NCBI GenBank assembly: GCA_918797485.1
Contig: CAKKNE010000001.1
Coordinates: forward strand, 4,340,001 to 4,404,000
Length of the DNA stretch: 64,000 nt
Direction of reading: 5' to 3'
Origin: Pelagomonas calceolata
Lineage: Eukaryota
A program made the position numbers and the translations under genes. Numbering within the stretch: the first letter of the stretch is position 1; each line of letters starts with the position of its first letter. The notes beneath the pieces were generated by a model. The model searched no databases, had not been told where the DNA came from, and was given only the letters and a program-made list of their open reading frames with translations. Positions 50,509-60,147 of the stretch are shown here, piece by piece.

Positions 50509-53500
50509 ATGCAGGACCCCACCGACGCTCCTGAGGCACCGGGGTACGAAGTGCGAGTCGTAGTCGTCGGTCCGAACGTCGTGCTACGCCTGAAAGCCAT
50601 CCCTAGTTGGCCTGTGTCGTTTCTGAAGCAGGTCCTAGCCAATGCTCTCGTGGAGATTGCGGAGTTGCCCGGCCTCGAAACAGCCGAAAATGTGGTCCCG
50701 AGGATGCGCCTTGGGCGCCTGGAGTACAGCTTCAACGACGCCAACCAGCTTTGGATGTATGGACTGGGCACGGCTCCGGGACGGCCGCTCTGGATCGAGC
50801 TGCGCGGCGTCGGCGCGCAGTCTTATACCGTGGGTTCGAACGAGCCGGGCGAGTCCAGCTTCTGGGCGCCTCTGGCCGGGCGCGTCCATCGAGGCGGCAC
50901 CGAGACCGGCCAGAGCATTACCGACAACATCGTCGAGGCGTGCGACGCCGTTCTAGGTACCGAAGAGATGGACTGGGTTCTGGCGGAAACGGTGGCGGTC
51001 ACGGCGGACGGCGCGGCCACCGCTCAAAAAGCGCGGTACTGGTTGGAAGCGATGAAGGCCAACGGGTCCACGGAAGCTAGCTCTGGAGTTATGGGCATCG
51101 TGGCCGTCCGCGTCCGCGACGCGCCCCTGCGCGACGACGATCCTCCGCAGGTATGTGGCTGCCACATCGTGCACGACGGTGTGTGCTACGCATGTGTGGC
51201 CGGCTCGCATCGCCACCCGACGTGGAACCGCCAGAACAACAATTCGGTCCTCGTTTACAACCTCGAGTACGTCGCCCCGTGTAAACGGAACTTCGACGTG
51301 TCGCCGCGACGCCGCGACGGCGTCCGCGCGACGCCACGCCACGAAGACGCCGCGCGCAACTTCAATGAGAGCGCGCCGCTACGGATTGGCGCACGCGCGC
51401 GTCCGACGCGAGGCCGACGCAGGCATGTTTCCAACTATCTCCACAACAACTTCCCCGAGCTCGAGCTCGAGGGCATCATCCCGTACTGCCCCATGGGCCA
51501 AGAAACGCGCTGGGGCACGTTCATCTCCGTAGCGTGCTACCTCGTCTCGTTTCGCTCCCTGCTCATCGCGGCCGTCCGGGGCCTCTTCGCGCGGCGCGGA
51601 ACCACCAGCGTCGCGTCCGACGCGAACGCCCGGCTCCTGGAGGTCATGCTCACGGACCCCTCCATGTACATGCAGCTCGTGGTCCTCGCGGAGTTCGGCT
51701 TAGGCGTCGCGATGCCTTTTATTATGTGGATGCAGCAACGGCACGGCCACCGCGCGATGGTCGCCCCACCGGCGTTCAAGCTCGAGTCGCCTTCACATTG
51801 GGAGTCACACTCCCCGCCGTCGACGCGACGGCGCGATCGCCCTGACTGCGTCCGTTCGAATGCTCGGGGTTTTCCAGGACCGCGGTCGACGTACCACAGG
51901 AGATCCACTCCCAAATCCTCAAGCACCTCACATTGTGTGGGAGCGTGCTCGCAGAGCCCGCCAATTTCTTCGCGAACGCGTACCACGAGGCCGCGGCCGT
52001 CGGGTTCTCCGCCGCGGCGCTCGCCGCGGTCGTCAAGAGCATCGTCCAGCCCTACGAGAAGTACATCTCGAACCGCCTCTCGTTCTGGTTTCGCTTGCCC
52101 TTCGCCTGGCCGCTCCTCTGCGACGAGGACTACGGCCTCGGCTTCGCCAAGGCCCTCGTGGACTTGGTCGCGAAAGGGGTCCTCAAGGGCGTCACGGGCA
52201 CCAAGGTCGACCAGTGCGGCATCCTCGGCGACCAGGCCCTCTGGGGCATGGTCTGCCGCTTCGCCGAGGGCCACGAGGCCCTCGCGGAGGAGGCCCGCGA
52301 CAGAGTCATTCTTACACCGCGGCCCGCGCCATCGACCATGCCTGCTCGATCTCTCCGCACTCACACACAAAAACGCGACGCGCGCGCGCGACGCGCGCGC
52401 GCACGCCTCGAAAAACGCCACCGCGACGCGCGGCTTCCCCCGCCCGAGGCGCGGCCGGCCATCACCGCGACGTCGCGCAGGTCGTCTCCGCCATCATCAA
52501 GGTCTTCGACCACATCCCCATCCACTCGGCGCTCGCGGAGATCGCCGTCAAGGCGTGCCGCAACGCGGACATCAACGAGCTCCTGCACCAGGTCGGCTTC
52601 GGCGCCGCCATGCGACGCGCCCTCCTCGAGTTCCGGCTCGACGATTTTGTCACGGAGAAGGCCGCGTCCGACGCGCGCCGCGACCTCACGCGCCAGGATC
52701 TCGACCGGCGCTCCGTCTTGGAGAAGCGCCAGGCCGAGGTGCGCGACGCGCTGTGCACCACGCACGAGGCGCTCTTCGGCGACAACGCGGACCCGGTCGC
52801 CGTGTGCGAGCGCCTCGCCCAAGAGAGCAGCGCGTACTACCGCGGCGACGCGGCGTCCGTCGAGGGCCAGCTCGACCGCCTCGGCCTCGACGACGCCGCC
52901 GCGGCGCCCCCGACCAACAGGGAGGCGAGGGAGGCGGCGTTCCAGGCGTCGTCGTGGCGCCTGCTCGAGCCGCTCGCGCCGGTGCTCCTCTTCGTCTTCC
53001 AGCAGCTCGTCCTCGACCGCTGCATCAACAACAGCGACGTTCCGGCGCATCTCGCGTGGGTCCTCGCGCGGGCGCCGGCCGCGGAGGACGACACCCCCGA
53101 CAAGGTGACGTGCCGCTTCTGTTCGCGGGCCTGGACATCGGCACGCGGCGCCCGCGGCGCCTGTGCGCACGTCCTCAAGGACCACATCCACCTCAAGGGC
53201 CCGCGCGCCCTCGGCTTCTTCCAGCTCCTCGTCGGCGACGGCCTCGAAGCGTACGAGCTGCCCGAGACCACCGTCGTCCACGTCTTCGACTACGCCACGG
53301 CCACCCCGCTCACGTTCCTGGACGCCTACGTCGTGCCCAAGGTCCTGCCGGCGCTGATCACGGTCTTCGGCCAGGCGCGGGCCCACCACCAGTCCGACGC
53401 GACCGAGCCGCTGGACCTGGTCGCCGCCCTGCGCGCCCAGTTCCCGCCGGCGCCCCCCGCGAAGCCGCCGACGCGGTCGTACCTCGACGCGCTCGTCGCG

Positions 53501-53764
53501 CGCCACGCCGCCGCCGGAGATGATCTCGAGGAACCGCCCCGAGCCGCCCTCGTGGACGTCGTGAAGTTCCTGCCCGCGCTCGTCATCACGAAGCTCGTCG
53601 GCGCCGCCGACCCAGCCGCGCCGCTGGCGCCGGCCCAAGTCCGGGACCGCGAGACCCTCCTGACGCTCAACGCCGGCGTCAATGAGGACCTGGCGCACCC
53701 CGAGCACCGCGCGCTCACACCTAGCGTGAGCCCGGCCGACCGCTTCCCGGCCGACCGGCCTTAG
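50509..53764 (+). CDS. Transposon ORF B: ubiquitin-like domain, C-terminal part of a hAT-like transposase and a C2H2 finger; join(50509..51266,51423..51759,51900..52304,52481..53764), 927 aa
   Basis: ETGQSI...VAVTADGAA (D2 at 51007), CGCH, ETRWGT, IPIHSALAEIAVK (Glu at 52538) and CRFC...HVLKDH. GT-AG introns 51267-51422, 51760-51899 and 52305-52480 join three frames into one. A possible further in-frame intron lies at 51106-51150. Confidence 0.8.
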
Positions 53765-54853
53765 CTCCCTCCCGCGCGCCTCGTCCAAAGCCCCGTGATC
53801 AAATCCGGCCGGCAAGCGCCCCCGACGGGGGGTTAGACCCGCGCGGGGCCAGTAGGGTAATTGTTGTTTCTTTGAGTACAGCTGTCGGCCACGGTGAGAG
53901 GCGCGCGCGGCCGGCGCGCGCGGTGCTCTCCTCGAGGAAGACTCCGCGACCGCGAACAGCACGATCACGGCCACCGCGGCGCCCGAACTCATTTGCGCCC
54001 TCGACGCCTTCGCCATCGCGGCCGCCGTAGCGCCGCGGCTCCGCCGCCGAGCCCGGCTCACACCCTGGACCGTCGGCGCGGCACGCGCTGGCGCGATTCA
54101 ATCCCCGCAGGAGGCCTCGCCGCCCTCGTCCGCCGTCGCCGCCGCTCCGCCGCAGGGCGCACGCAAAAAGCCCGAGCCGGCGCCGGCGGCCGTTTCGAGG
54201 CGACACACGCTCGCGCGCAGCCGCGGAACCGCTCGCGCCCAGCCCCGGCGACGTGGTCAACCCACGGTATCGGTCCTGGGGTCGCGCGACGCTCCTAGGC
54301 TAAGGCCGGCGGCAGCGCAGGCGTCGCACACGAGAATGGCTCGTTCTCGGCGTCCGCCGCCGCAGATCTCACAAAACTTTGACGGAGGCTCGTCGAGAGG
54401 TCAAAGATGACGATCCCAATCGCTCATCCCTCTACGATGCGCAGCGGCCGTGAACGGGACGTTTTTGTCAAAAGCGAGGCGGCAGCGAGCCGCAGCGAAA
54501 CCACGCAATTTAATTAATAGCTAAAAAATAGGCAAGCACAAGGTTAGACAAGTTAACTTTTTCTTCATCCATGCTTACCGCGACGGACGTATGCTATCTC
54601 AGTTTGATCCAATGGACGGCGTCCCGCGAAACCCGCACCCACCCAAAAAACGCTCGAGCTCAGCGCCAGGCTGTGGGCCTGTGGCCATCCAGCAGCGCTC
54701 CGGACGCGCAGCCGTCGAGGCGAACGGTTCCAAGGGAAATCGTTCGAAGGGCCTCCGTGCGAACGGTTGGCTGTCCGACGGGTAGTACTACCCGAGCTCA
54801 TTGGGCAGCCCCATCACACAACGACCACCGGACGGCACGGCACGTAAACCAGG

Positions 54854-57043
54854 ATGGGCTTCGCCGGCATCGAGAACCCCGCCCCGCCGCCCACCCAAGA
54901 AGAACAAGCGACCTTCGCTAGACTCATCAGAGAGACGCACATGGAGACCACAACGGTAGGTACATTATTGAAAGCAAAAACGTGGCCCGGCCTCCTCTTC
55001 TCCACCCTCACGGAACTCAAGCGCGCCACGAAACAAAAGAAGCTCGACCCGAACTCCTACATGGCCCACGCCTTCCACGAGGACGGCGGCGACTCCGACT
55101 CCGAGGACGAAAAGGCCTCGGCCTTATTGATTACCGACGATAAAGAGGAGGAAAAACAATGTGAATTGGCGTGGGACTGGCCGCGGCGCCGCGACAAGGT
55201 CCTCAAGACCATGGAGGAGAAGATGGCCGTGCCTAACTTGTTGGCGATCGACCTGGTGAACGAATGGACGCGAGCGGCGAAGCTCGAGAACGACTCGATG
55301 AACCGAAGGATGGCGGCCTACATGGCTCGGGAGCGACCAGCACCGAAGTCCTTGAAACCGCGGGATCTGCTACGGTCTTTGTCGGATTTGGCCCTGGCAG
55401 ATGCTACGATGGAGTCTCCAAATGACGCATCAACGGTAGATGTCTTGGTGGGTGCGGCCTGGGCCTTAGATCGAAGTAAAGATGACGCGAAAAGTGCAGC
55501 GATGCACGCGGCCTTCCATGCGGCGGCGTTTGCCTTTGATCATAGGAGGATGCCGCGTTCACCACCTTACTCGGATGATGACGTGTTTGATCTCGCAAGA
55601 CATTTGCTCACTTTAAGGCGGGGCTTCCCCGTGCGGCTCAAGGATGATCCTCGGGACGTGGCGTGTGAAGGTGCACAGGGTGTATTGAGGGAGCTCTTGG
55701 GGTCGGAGTCTCCAGCGGCGCGATGTGCCGCGTGCGCGGCTTTAGCTGATTGTGCGCGCTACGGCGACGGCGCGCGATCACTCGGCCCCGCGCTCGCCGT
55801 GTTTGTGGCGCCGCTCATACCGTCGCCCGCCGTCGCCTGTCGACGGAAAGGTTCACATAGTAAAGGTGCCGGCGACCTCGGACCCTTGTTGGCGTGTGCC
55901 GCTGTTGGAGAATTAGCAGCAAGGGACCATACATCTACAAGACCGTCACTCATAAAAGCCGGGTGCGTCGAGAATCTGGTGCGGGCCATCCTCGACGCTC
56001 TACAAGATTCGAAGGATCTTGGGGGTGATTCGTCAGCGGCATCGCGCTTGGTACCGCGATATGCGTTGAAAGCTTTATGTTTCCTGTGCGAGGACGCGAA
56101 AGCACGACGACGAGCCATTGATGCCGGCGCGGTGGAAGGCTGCAAACGCTTGGTGCAGCGAGATGTTGACTCGAGAAGTTCGACAGTGAGAATTGCCAAG
56201 CGGGACGCTCTACGGTTCCTAGCGTCGTGCATGACCTTCGAGGAGGGCCATTCCCTAGATGTTTGCATGGTGCCGGGAGCTATCCAACTCACTGCTGCGA
56301 AAGAAGTGCAGACGAGGAACGCCGCGTTTAGATCCTTGTTATATATCGCACAACATACGGAAGAACCGAGCTATCTGGTACATGACACGGGCTTGTTAGA
56401 AGCCATGGAGGACGGCCTCAACCAGTACACGCTGCGAGGTACGGTACTAAGGTTACTCTTAGTACTCGCCAAACACCCAGAAGCGCAAGCCGAACTAAAG
56501 AGGTGCGGGTTTGCCGATATAGTAACAGATCAAGCGGAGGACGAGTCGAACAGCATCATGAACAAGGGAATAGCGGTAAGAATTATGTTCACGATGGGCG
56601 AGGAGGCCTTCTTTAATGATGGGTTGGCCTTCGCGTGCGCCGGCAAGGATAAAGATTTCCGATTTGAGGTCAAGGAGTTCGAGAAACTCATTAGGGAGCG
56701 GAAGATGCAGGTCGCGTATCAATGTCGACCGGAGGAGGAGCACATGTTCGAAAAACACCAGTTAAAGGCTTACAAGCGCTTATTTAACATCTACTCGGAG
56801 GGTAGCGGCCAGGAGCGGTCGGTAGATACGAAAACTATAAGGGATCTACTACGAAAATGCTGCGCCGAGTTCAAGGACTGGAAGGCTCGTAGAGCGATGA
56901 CGAAGAAGAACGTGGCGCGCGTCGTCGCGATCTACGACGCGGACGGTTCAGGAGAAATAGAATGGGACGAGTTCCTGAACATCATGCACGACATGACGCA
57001 AGGGAGCTTCTTGGATCGGGTGACGGGCTGGGGCTTCTTCTAA
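54854..57043 (+). CDS. ARM-repeat protein with C-terminal EF-hand(s)
   Basis: Helical ARM-like repeats (LIKAGCVENLV, AIDAGAVEGC) and DADGSGEIEWDEF. Confidence 0.75.
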   Translation: MGFAGIENPAPPPTQEEQATFARLIRETHMETTTVGTLLKAKTWPGLLFSTLTELKRATKQKKLDPNSYMAHAFHEDGGDSDSEDEKASALLITDDKEEEKQCELAWDWPRRRDKVLKTMEEKMAVPNLLAIDLVNEWTRAAKLENDSMNRRMAAYMARERPAPKSLKPRDLLRSLSDLALADATMESPNDASTVDVLVGAAWALDRSKDDAKSAAMHAAFHAAAFAFDHRRMPRSPPYSDDDVFDLARHLLTLRRGFPVRLKDDPRDVACEGAQGVLRELLGSESPAARCAACAALADCARYGDGARSLGPALAVFVAPLIPSPAVACRRKGSHSKGAGDLGPLLACAAVGELAARDHTSTRPSLIKAGCVENLVRAILDALQDSKDLGGDSSAASRLVPRYALKALCFLCEDAKARRRAIDAGAVEGCKRLVQRDVDSRSSTVRIAKRDALRFLASCMTFEEGHSLDVCMVPGAIQLTAAKEVQTRNAAFRSLLYIAQHTEEPSYLVHDTGLLEAMEDGLNQYTLRGTVLRLLLVLAKHPEAQAELKRCGFADIVTDQAEDESNSIMNKGIAVRIMFTMGEEAFFNDGLAFACAGKDKDFRFEVKEFEKLIRERKMQVAYQCRPEEEHMFEKHQLKAYKRLFNIYSEGSGQERSVDTKTIRDLLRKCCAEFKDWKARRAMTKKNVARVVAIYDADGSGEIEWDEFLNIMHDMTQGSFLDRVTGWGFF

Positions 57044-57058
57044 CTATATGTGTTTTTA

Positions 57059-57628
57059 TTATTCCTTAGACTCCTCCACACCCTCTTCCTCTTCGACCTC
57101 TCCATGTAAGTCCACCACGAAGACGTTCAGCGTGCAATAAATGGTCCCCGTCGTCTCCGTGGCCATGCCGAACCTTTCGGCCGCACTCACGACCAGTTGC
57201 GGTCGCACCAGTCGAGGATACCCACCGATAAATTTCGCACTCAAATTCTCGTACCAGCTCCCGGCGGGCCGCCAGCAGTGGATCTCGAGGGCGTGCGTGC
57301 CCGTTGAGAGCGGGAGGTGGACCATGCCGTAGCCCGCGATATCTAACCGATCCAGTTCGTCCAGTTGATAGACCTCGACCTTGATCCGCGGCGCCGCGGC
57401 CTTCGCTAAAGCATCGCAATGCAGCCGCACGTCGAGAGGATGGTCAAACGTACACAGCGGGTCGGCTCCTTTACTCATATGTATTTGAGAGGTCCCTTCT
57501 CCAGCACCCTCAAGTAATTGCCAATCGTCCGACCGCTCGAGACTCCAGCGCATCTGCAACCCATACGCTTCGCTCGGGAAGTCGGCGCCGGTCTCTAAAC
57601 AGCCGATGCAGTGGACCTGGGCCGCCAT
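57059..57628 (-). CDS. B9D2: B9 domain-containing protein 2 (ciliary transition zone, MKS module)
   Basis: MAAQVHCIG, WQLLEG..EGTSQ, FDHPLDV, GYGMVHLP..GTH.LEIHCWRP and FIGGYPRL. Confidence 0.82.
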   Translation of the reverse strand: MAAQVHCIGCLETGADFPSEAYGLQMRWSLERSDDWQLLEGAGEGTSQIHMSKGADPLCTFDHPLDVRLHCDALAKAAAPRIKVEVYQLDELDRLDIAGYGMVHLPLSTGTHALEIHCWRPAGSWYENLSAKFIGGYPRLVRPQLVVSAAERFGMATETTGTIYCTLNVFVVDLHGEVEEEEGVEESKE

Positions 57629-57924
57629 CGTTGTTCTTCGATTGCGCTGCGCGCGGTGGCGCGGTTGTGCTGGGCTCCTTGTCCAAGGGCTGCCCCTCGC
57701 GGCGGTGATGTGCGGCAGAGCGTGTGTGAGGCGTGCGAGGGTCACTACGCGTGTGTCCCAAGTCGTCTGATGGCCTACCGGTCACAGTGTGGCGGCGGCG
57801 GGTGGGGTGTTTTGCTGCCCAAAAAGCGGGCCGGACGCGCGGCGGGCATCCGTCCCGTGGCTGCTTGTAGGCCTCTTCTGTGCTCGTTGGGCGACTAGGG
57901 ATCCCTTATTCGGACGGCCGCTTG

Positions 57925-57947
57925 CTAGTGTCTTACAGCACGCTAGC
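57925..57947 (+). promoter_or_regulatory. Recurrent upstream motif CTAGTGTCTTAC...GCTAGC, copy 5
   Basis: Lies between the divergent starts at 57628 (-) and 58062 (+). Confidence 0.55.
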
Positions 57948-58061
57948 TAGCTCATTTGTGCCAGTCTTTTCAGGGGGCTAGTGGTGCGAGCGGTCGTGCA
58001 AGGATAAGTTTTCGCTGCCGAGAGCATCTGTGTACCACGGCCGCACGCCGTCGACGCCAAA

Positions 58062-59357
58062 ATGCCGCCACCCATGCTCCTCAACGACGGCACGGAGATG
58101 CCGCAGATCGCCTATGGGCTGTACCAAGTCAAAAAGGACGAAGCCACGCGCTGCGTCGCCGACGCGATCAAAGCCGGCTACGCCCATTTCGACGGCGCGG
58201 CCTTCTACGACAACGAACGGGAGGCCGGCCGATCACTCACGGAGGAGTGCTGGTACACGACGAAGGTCTGGACCACCGATTCAACTTTTGAGGACGCCGT
58301 CGCGTCCGTGAAGAGGTCTCGAAGTGAACTAGGCCGCGACCTGGATTTGGCACTGGTGCACTGGCCAGTCCCTGGAAAACATGTGGACATGTATCGGGCG
58401 TTAGTTCATTGCAAAGAAGAATTGAAAATAGTGAAGCGTATCGGTTTATCGAACTACACGGAAGATGACTACGAGGAGTTAGAAAAGTCTGGTTTAGTTA
58501 AGGTCTGTCGGCCGGTCGTCAATCAAATAGAAGTGAGCCCCTTCCTGTATCGTAAGGAATGTGTTGATTACTTTCAAGAGAAACATATTGTTGTACAAGC
58601 CTTCAAGCCGTTGCAGAGGGGGGCGGCATTGCAGAATGATACTGTGAAGGCTATCGCTCGGAAGCATTCCGTAACAGAAGCGCAGGTCCTCATCAAGTGG
58701 GGCCTCCAGAAGGGCTTATGTGTTTGTGTCAAATCATCAAACGCGACGCGGATGGCCGAGAACCTCAAAGAGTGGTGGGGCCTCGACATGGACGACGTGA
58801 GTGCATTGGACGCGCTGACGACGGAGGAGGCTTTAGCAGCGTGGCGGGCACATTATGAAAAACGGAGAGCGGGGACGGCCGGGCCCTGGGGGCCGGGGCC
58901 GCGGCCTATCCTTGAGGACGTCGCGCCGCCCGCGCCGGAGCCCTCCCCCGACGCGCCTTCGCCGTCGCCCGAACCGGCCGCGGTGCCGCCCATCGAGCCG
59001 GTGCCTGCGTACGAGGCGGCCGCCGACGCGCCGGCGCCGGAGCCCGCGGCCGTCGCCGACGCGGACACGGAGACCTGCCGCGTGGATTCGTCCACGGTCG
59101 AGATCCCCGCGCAAGCGCTCGAGGAGCCTGGCGATCCCCGGCCGTCTCCGAAGCGCGCGCGCGTCGACGAGGCGCCCGCAGTCGCGGAGCCCGAGCCGGC
59201 ACCCGCGCCCGCGCCGACGGCGGCGCCGGAGCTCGACGCGGCAACCGTCAAGAAGATGACGGTGGCCAAGCTCCGAGCCGCCCTGGCCGCGCGGGGCCTC
59301 GACACGAAGGGCCTCAAGGCGGCGCTCCAGGCGCGGCTCCTGGAGGCGATCGCATAG
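58062..59357 (+). CDS. Aldo/keto reductase fused to a C-terminal SAP domain
   Basis: AKR tetrad in FDGAAFY, TTKVW and LVHWP, plus IGLSNY and VNQIE. Pro/Ala linker, then SAP KKMTVAKLRAALAARGLDTKGLKAALQARLL. Confidence 0.88.
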   Translation: MPPPMLLNDGTEMPQIAYGLYQVKKDEATRCVADAIKAGYAHFDGAAFYDNEREAGRSLTEECWYTTKVWTTDSTFEDAVASVKRSRSELGRDLDLALVHWPVPGKHVDMYRALVHCKEELKIVKRIGLSNYTEDDYEELEKSGLVKVCRPVVNQIEVSPFLYRKECVDYFQEKHIVVQAFKPLQRGAALQNDTVKAIARKHSVTEAQVLIKWGLQKGLCVCVKSSNATRMAENLKEWWGLDMDDVSALDALTTEEALAAWRAHYEKRRAGTAGPWGPGPRPILEDVAPPAPEPSPDAPSPSPEPAAVPPIEPVPAYEAAADAPAPEPAAVADADTETCRVDSSTVEIPAQALEEPGDPRPSPKRARVDEAPAVAEPEPAPAPAPTAAPELDAATVKKMTVAKLRAALAARGLDTKGLKAALQARLLEAIA

Positions 59358-59405
59358 CTAAGGATGATGTATTTGGAATTAGGCGTGGGTAGGGGTTCGA
59401 ACGAT

Positions 59406-59645
59406 CTACTCCGACGCGGCCTCGGCCTCCTCGGCCTCCTCGGCCTCCTCCTCGGCCTTGGGCTCCTCGGCGGGCTTGTCGTCGCCGCCGCCGAAGTCGG
59501 GGAGCCACGAGGGCTTCTCGAAGCCGAGGTCCTTGAGGAAGCCCGGGCCGAGCGGGCGGCCGCCGCGGACGATCTTGCGGGGCGCCACGGCCGGCGTGAA
59601 GGCGACGGCCGGGGCCGCGAGCGCGAGGGCGAGGAGGGAGCGCAT
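59406..59645 (-). CDS. Small plastid-targeted protein of unknown function (79 aa)
   Basis: MRSLLALALAAPAVA|FTP presequence, strongly biased codons, GFLKDLGFEKPSWLPDFGG core and an acidic tail. Confidence 0.75.
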   Translation of the reverse strand: MRSLLALALAAPAVAFTPAVAPRKIVRGGRPLGPGFLKDLGFEKPSWLPDFGGGDDKPAEEPKAEEEAEEAEEAEAASE

Positions 59646-60147
59646 GGTTGTTCGGCCTGCGCGGGGATTCGGCTCCGGTCATCGCGGCGCGTCGGCCGGC
59701 CGGGCGGCGCGGAGTGTGATAATCGGTGCTATTTGTCGTAACTCGTAGGCTTTTTGCGTCTGGTGGCTGTATCGCAGCGCCAGCGCTCTCCGGCGGCCCT
59801 GGCTCCCAGCGCCGGCGCGCGATAGAGTTCCCAACAGAGCAGGGCTGGGCCAGAAAGTCATTTCTCTGCGCGCTCGGCTAATTTCGCTGAAAAAAAGTGC
59901 GCTCCCGGGAGCTATGGTATGTCGGGCAGCTCATGCTTAACGCCGTCCTTTAACAACGCGGTCGCATTACTTTTGGAGCTTCGGCGTCGCGGACGAGATC
60001 TAGATTTGTTCCACGCCGGACCCGCCCAAATGAGCTATTCAGGCGTACAGGCGGTCCATTAACGTCTGGGTTCAGTCCCAGAGGGGTTCCGGTGTCCGGG
60101 GCGGGCCGCCAAAGCGGAAACGCGGCACGCGACGACAATAGATAAAG

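Larger units (their letters stand above)
46976..54536. mobile_element. 7,561-bp TIR DNA transposon (hAT-like DDE motifs)
   Basis: Perfect 29-bp TIRs CTTGCCTATTTTTTAGCTATTAATTAAAT (46976-47004, inverse at 54508-54536). Flanking direct repeat CACAAGG at 46969-46975 and 54537-54543; this can equally be read as 5-bp ACAAG with 30-bp TIRs. Transposase motifs inside. Confidence 0.93.

Noticed and set aside
48918..50806. GCTGCGCG / GCGGCG micro-homologies as recombination sites of an invertible switch
   Set aside because: They are short, GC-rich and expected by chance, and crossing over there would put both products out of frame.
50509..53523. 1004-aa ORF-track protein taken as a single unspliced product
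   Set aside because: After HRAM (~51759) it turns into Arg/Pro-rich off-frame sequence. Three GT-AG introns give a coherent protein ending at 53764.
52361..54061. 566-aa minus-strand ORF inside the transposon
   Set aside because: It is mostly the antisense shadow of the GC-rich ORF B exon and has no recognisable motifs.
46976..54536. The 7.6-kb element as the autonomous mobiliser of the introners
   Set aside because: Its TIR (CTTGCCTATTTT…) and 5/7-bp TSD do not match the introner TIR (CTGTGTGGAAATCAA) and 8-bp TSD.
60060..60085. CTGGG-TTCAGT-CCCAG hairpin resembling a tRNA T-arm
   Set aside because: The loop is 6 nt, and no acceptor, D or anticodon arms can be built around it.
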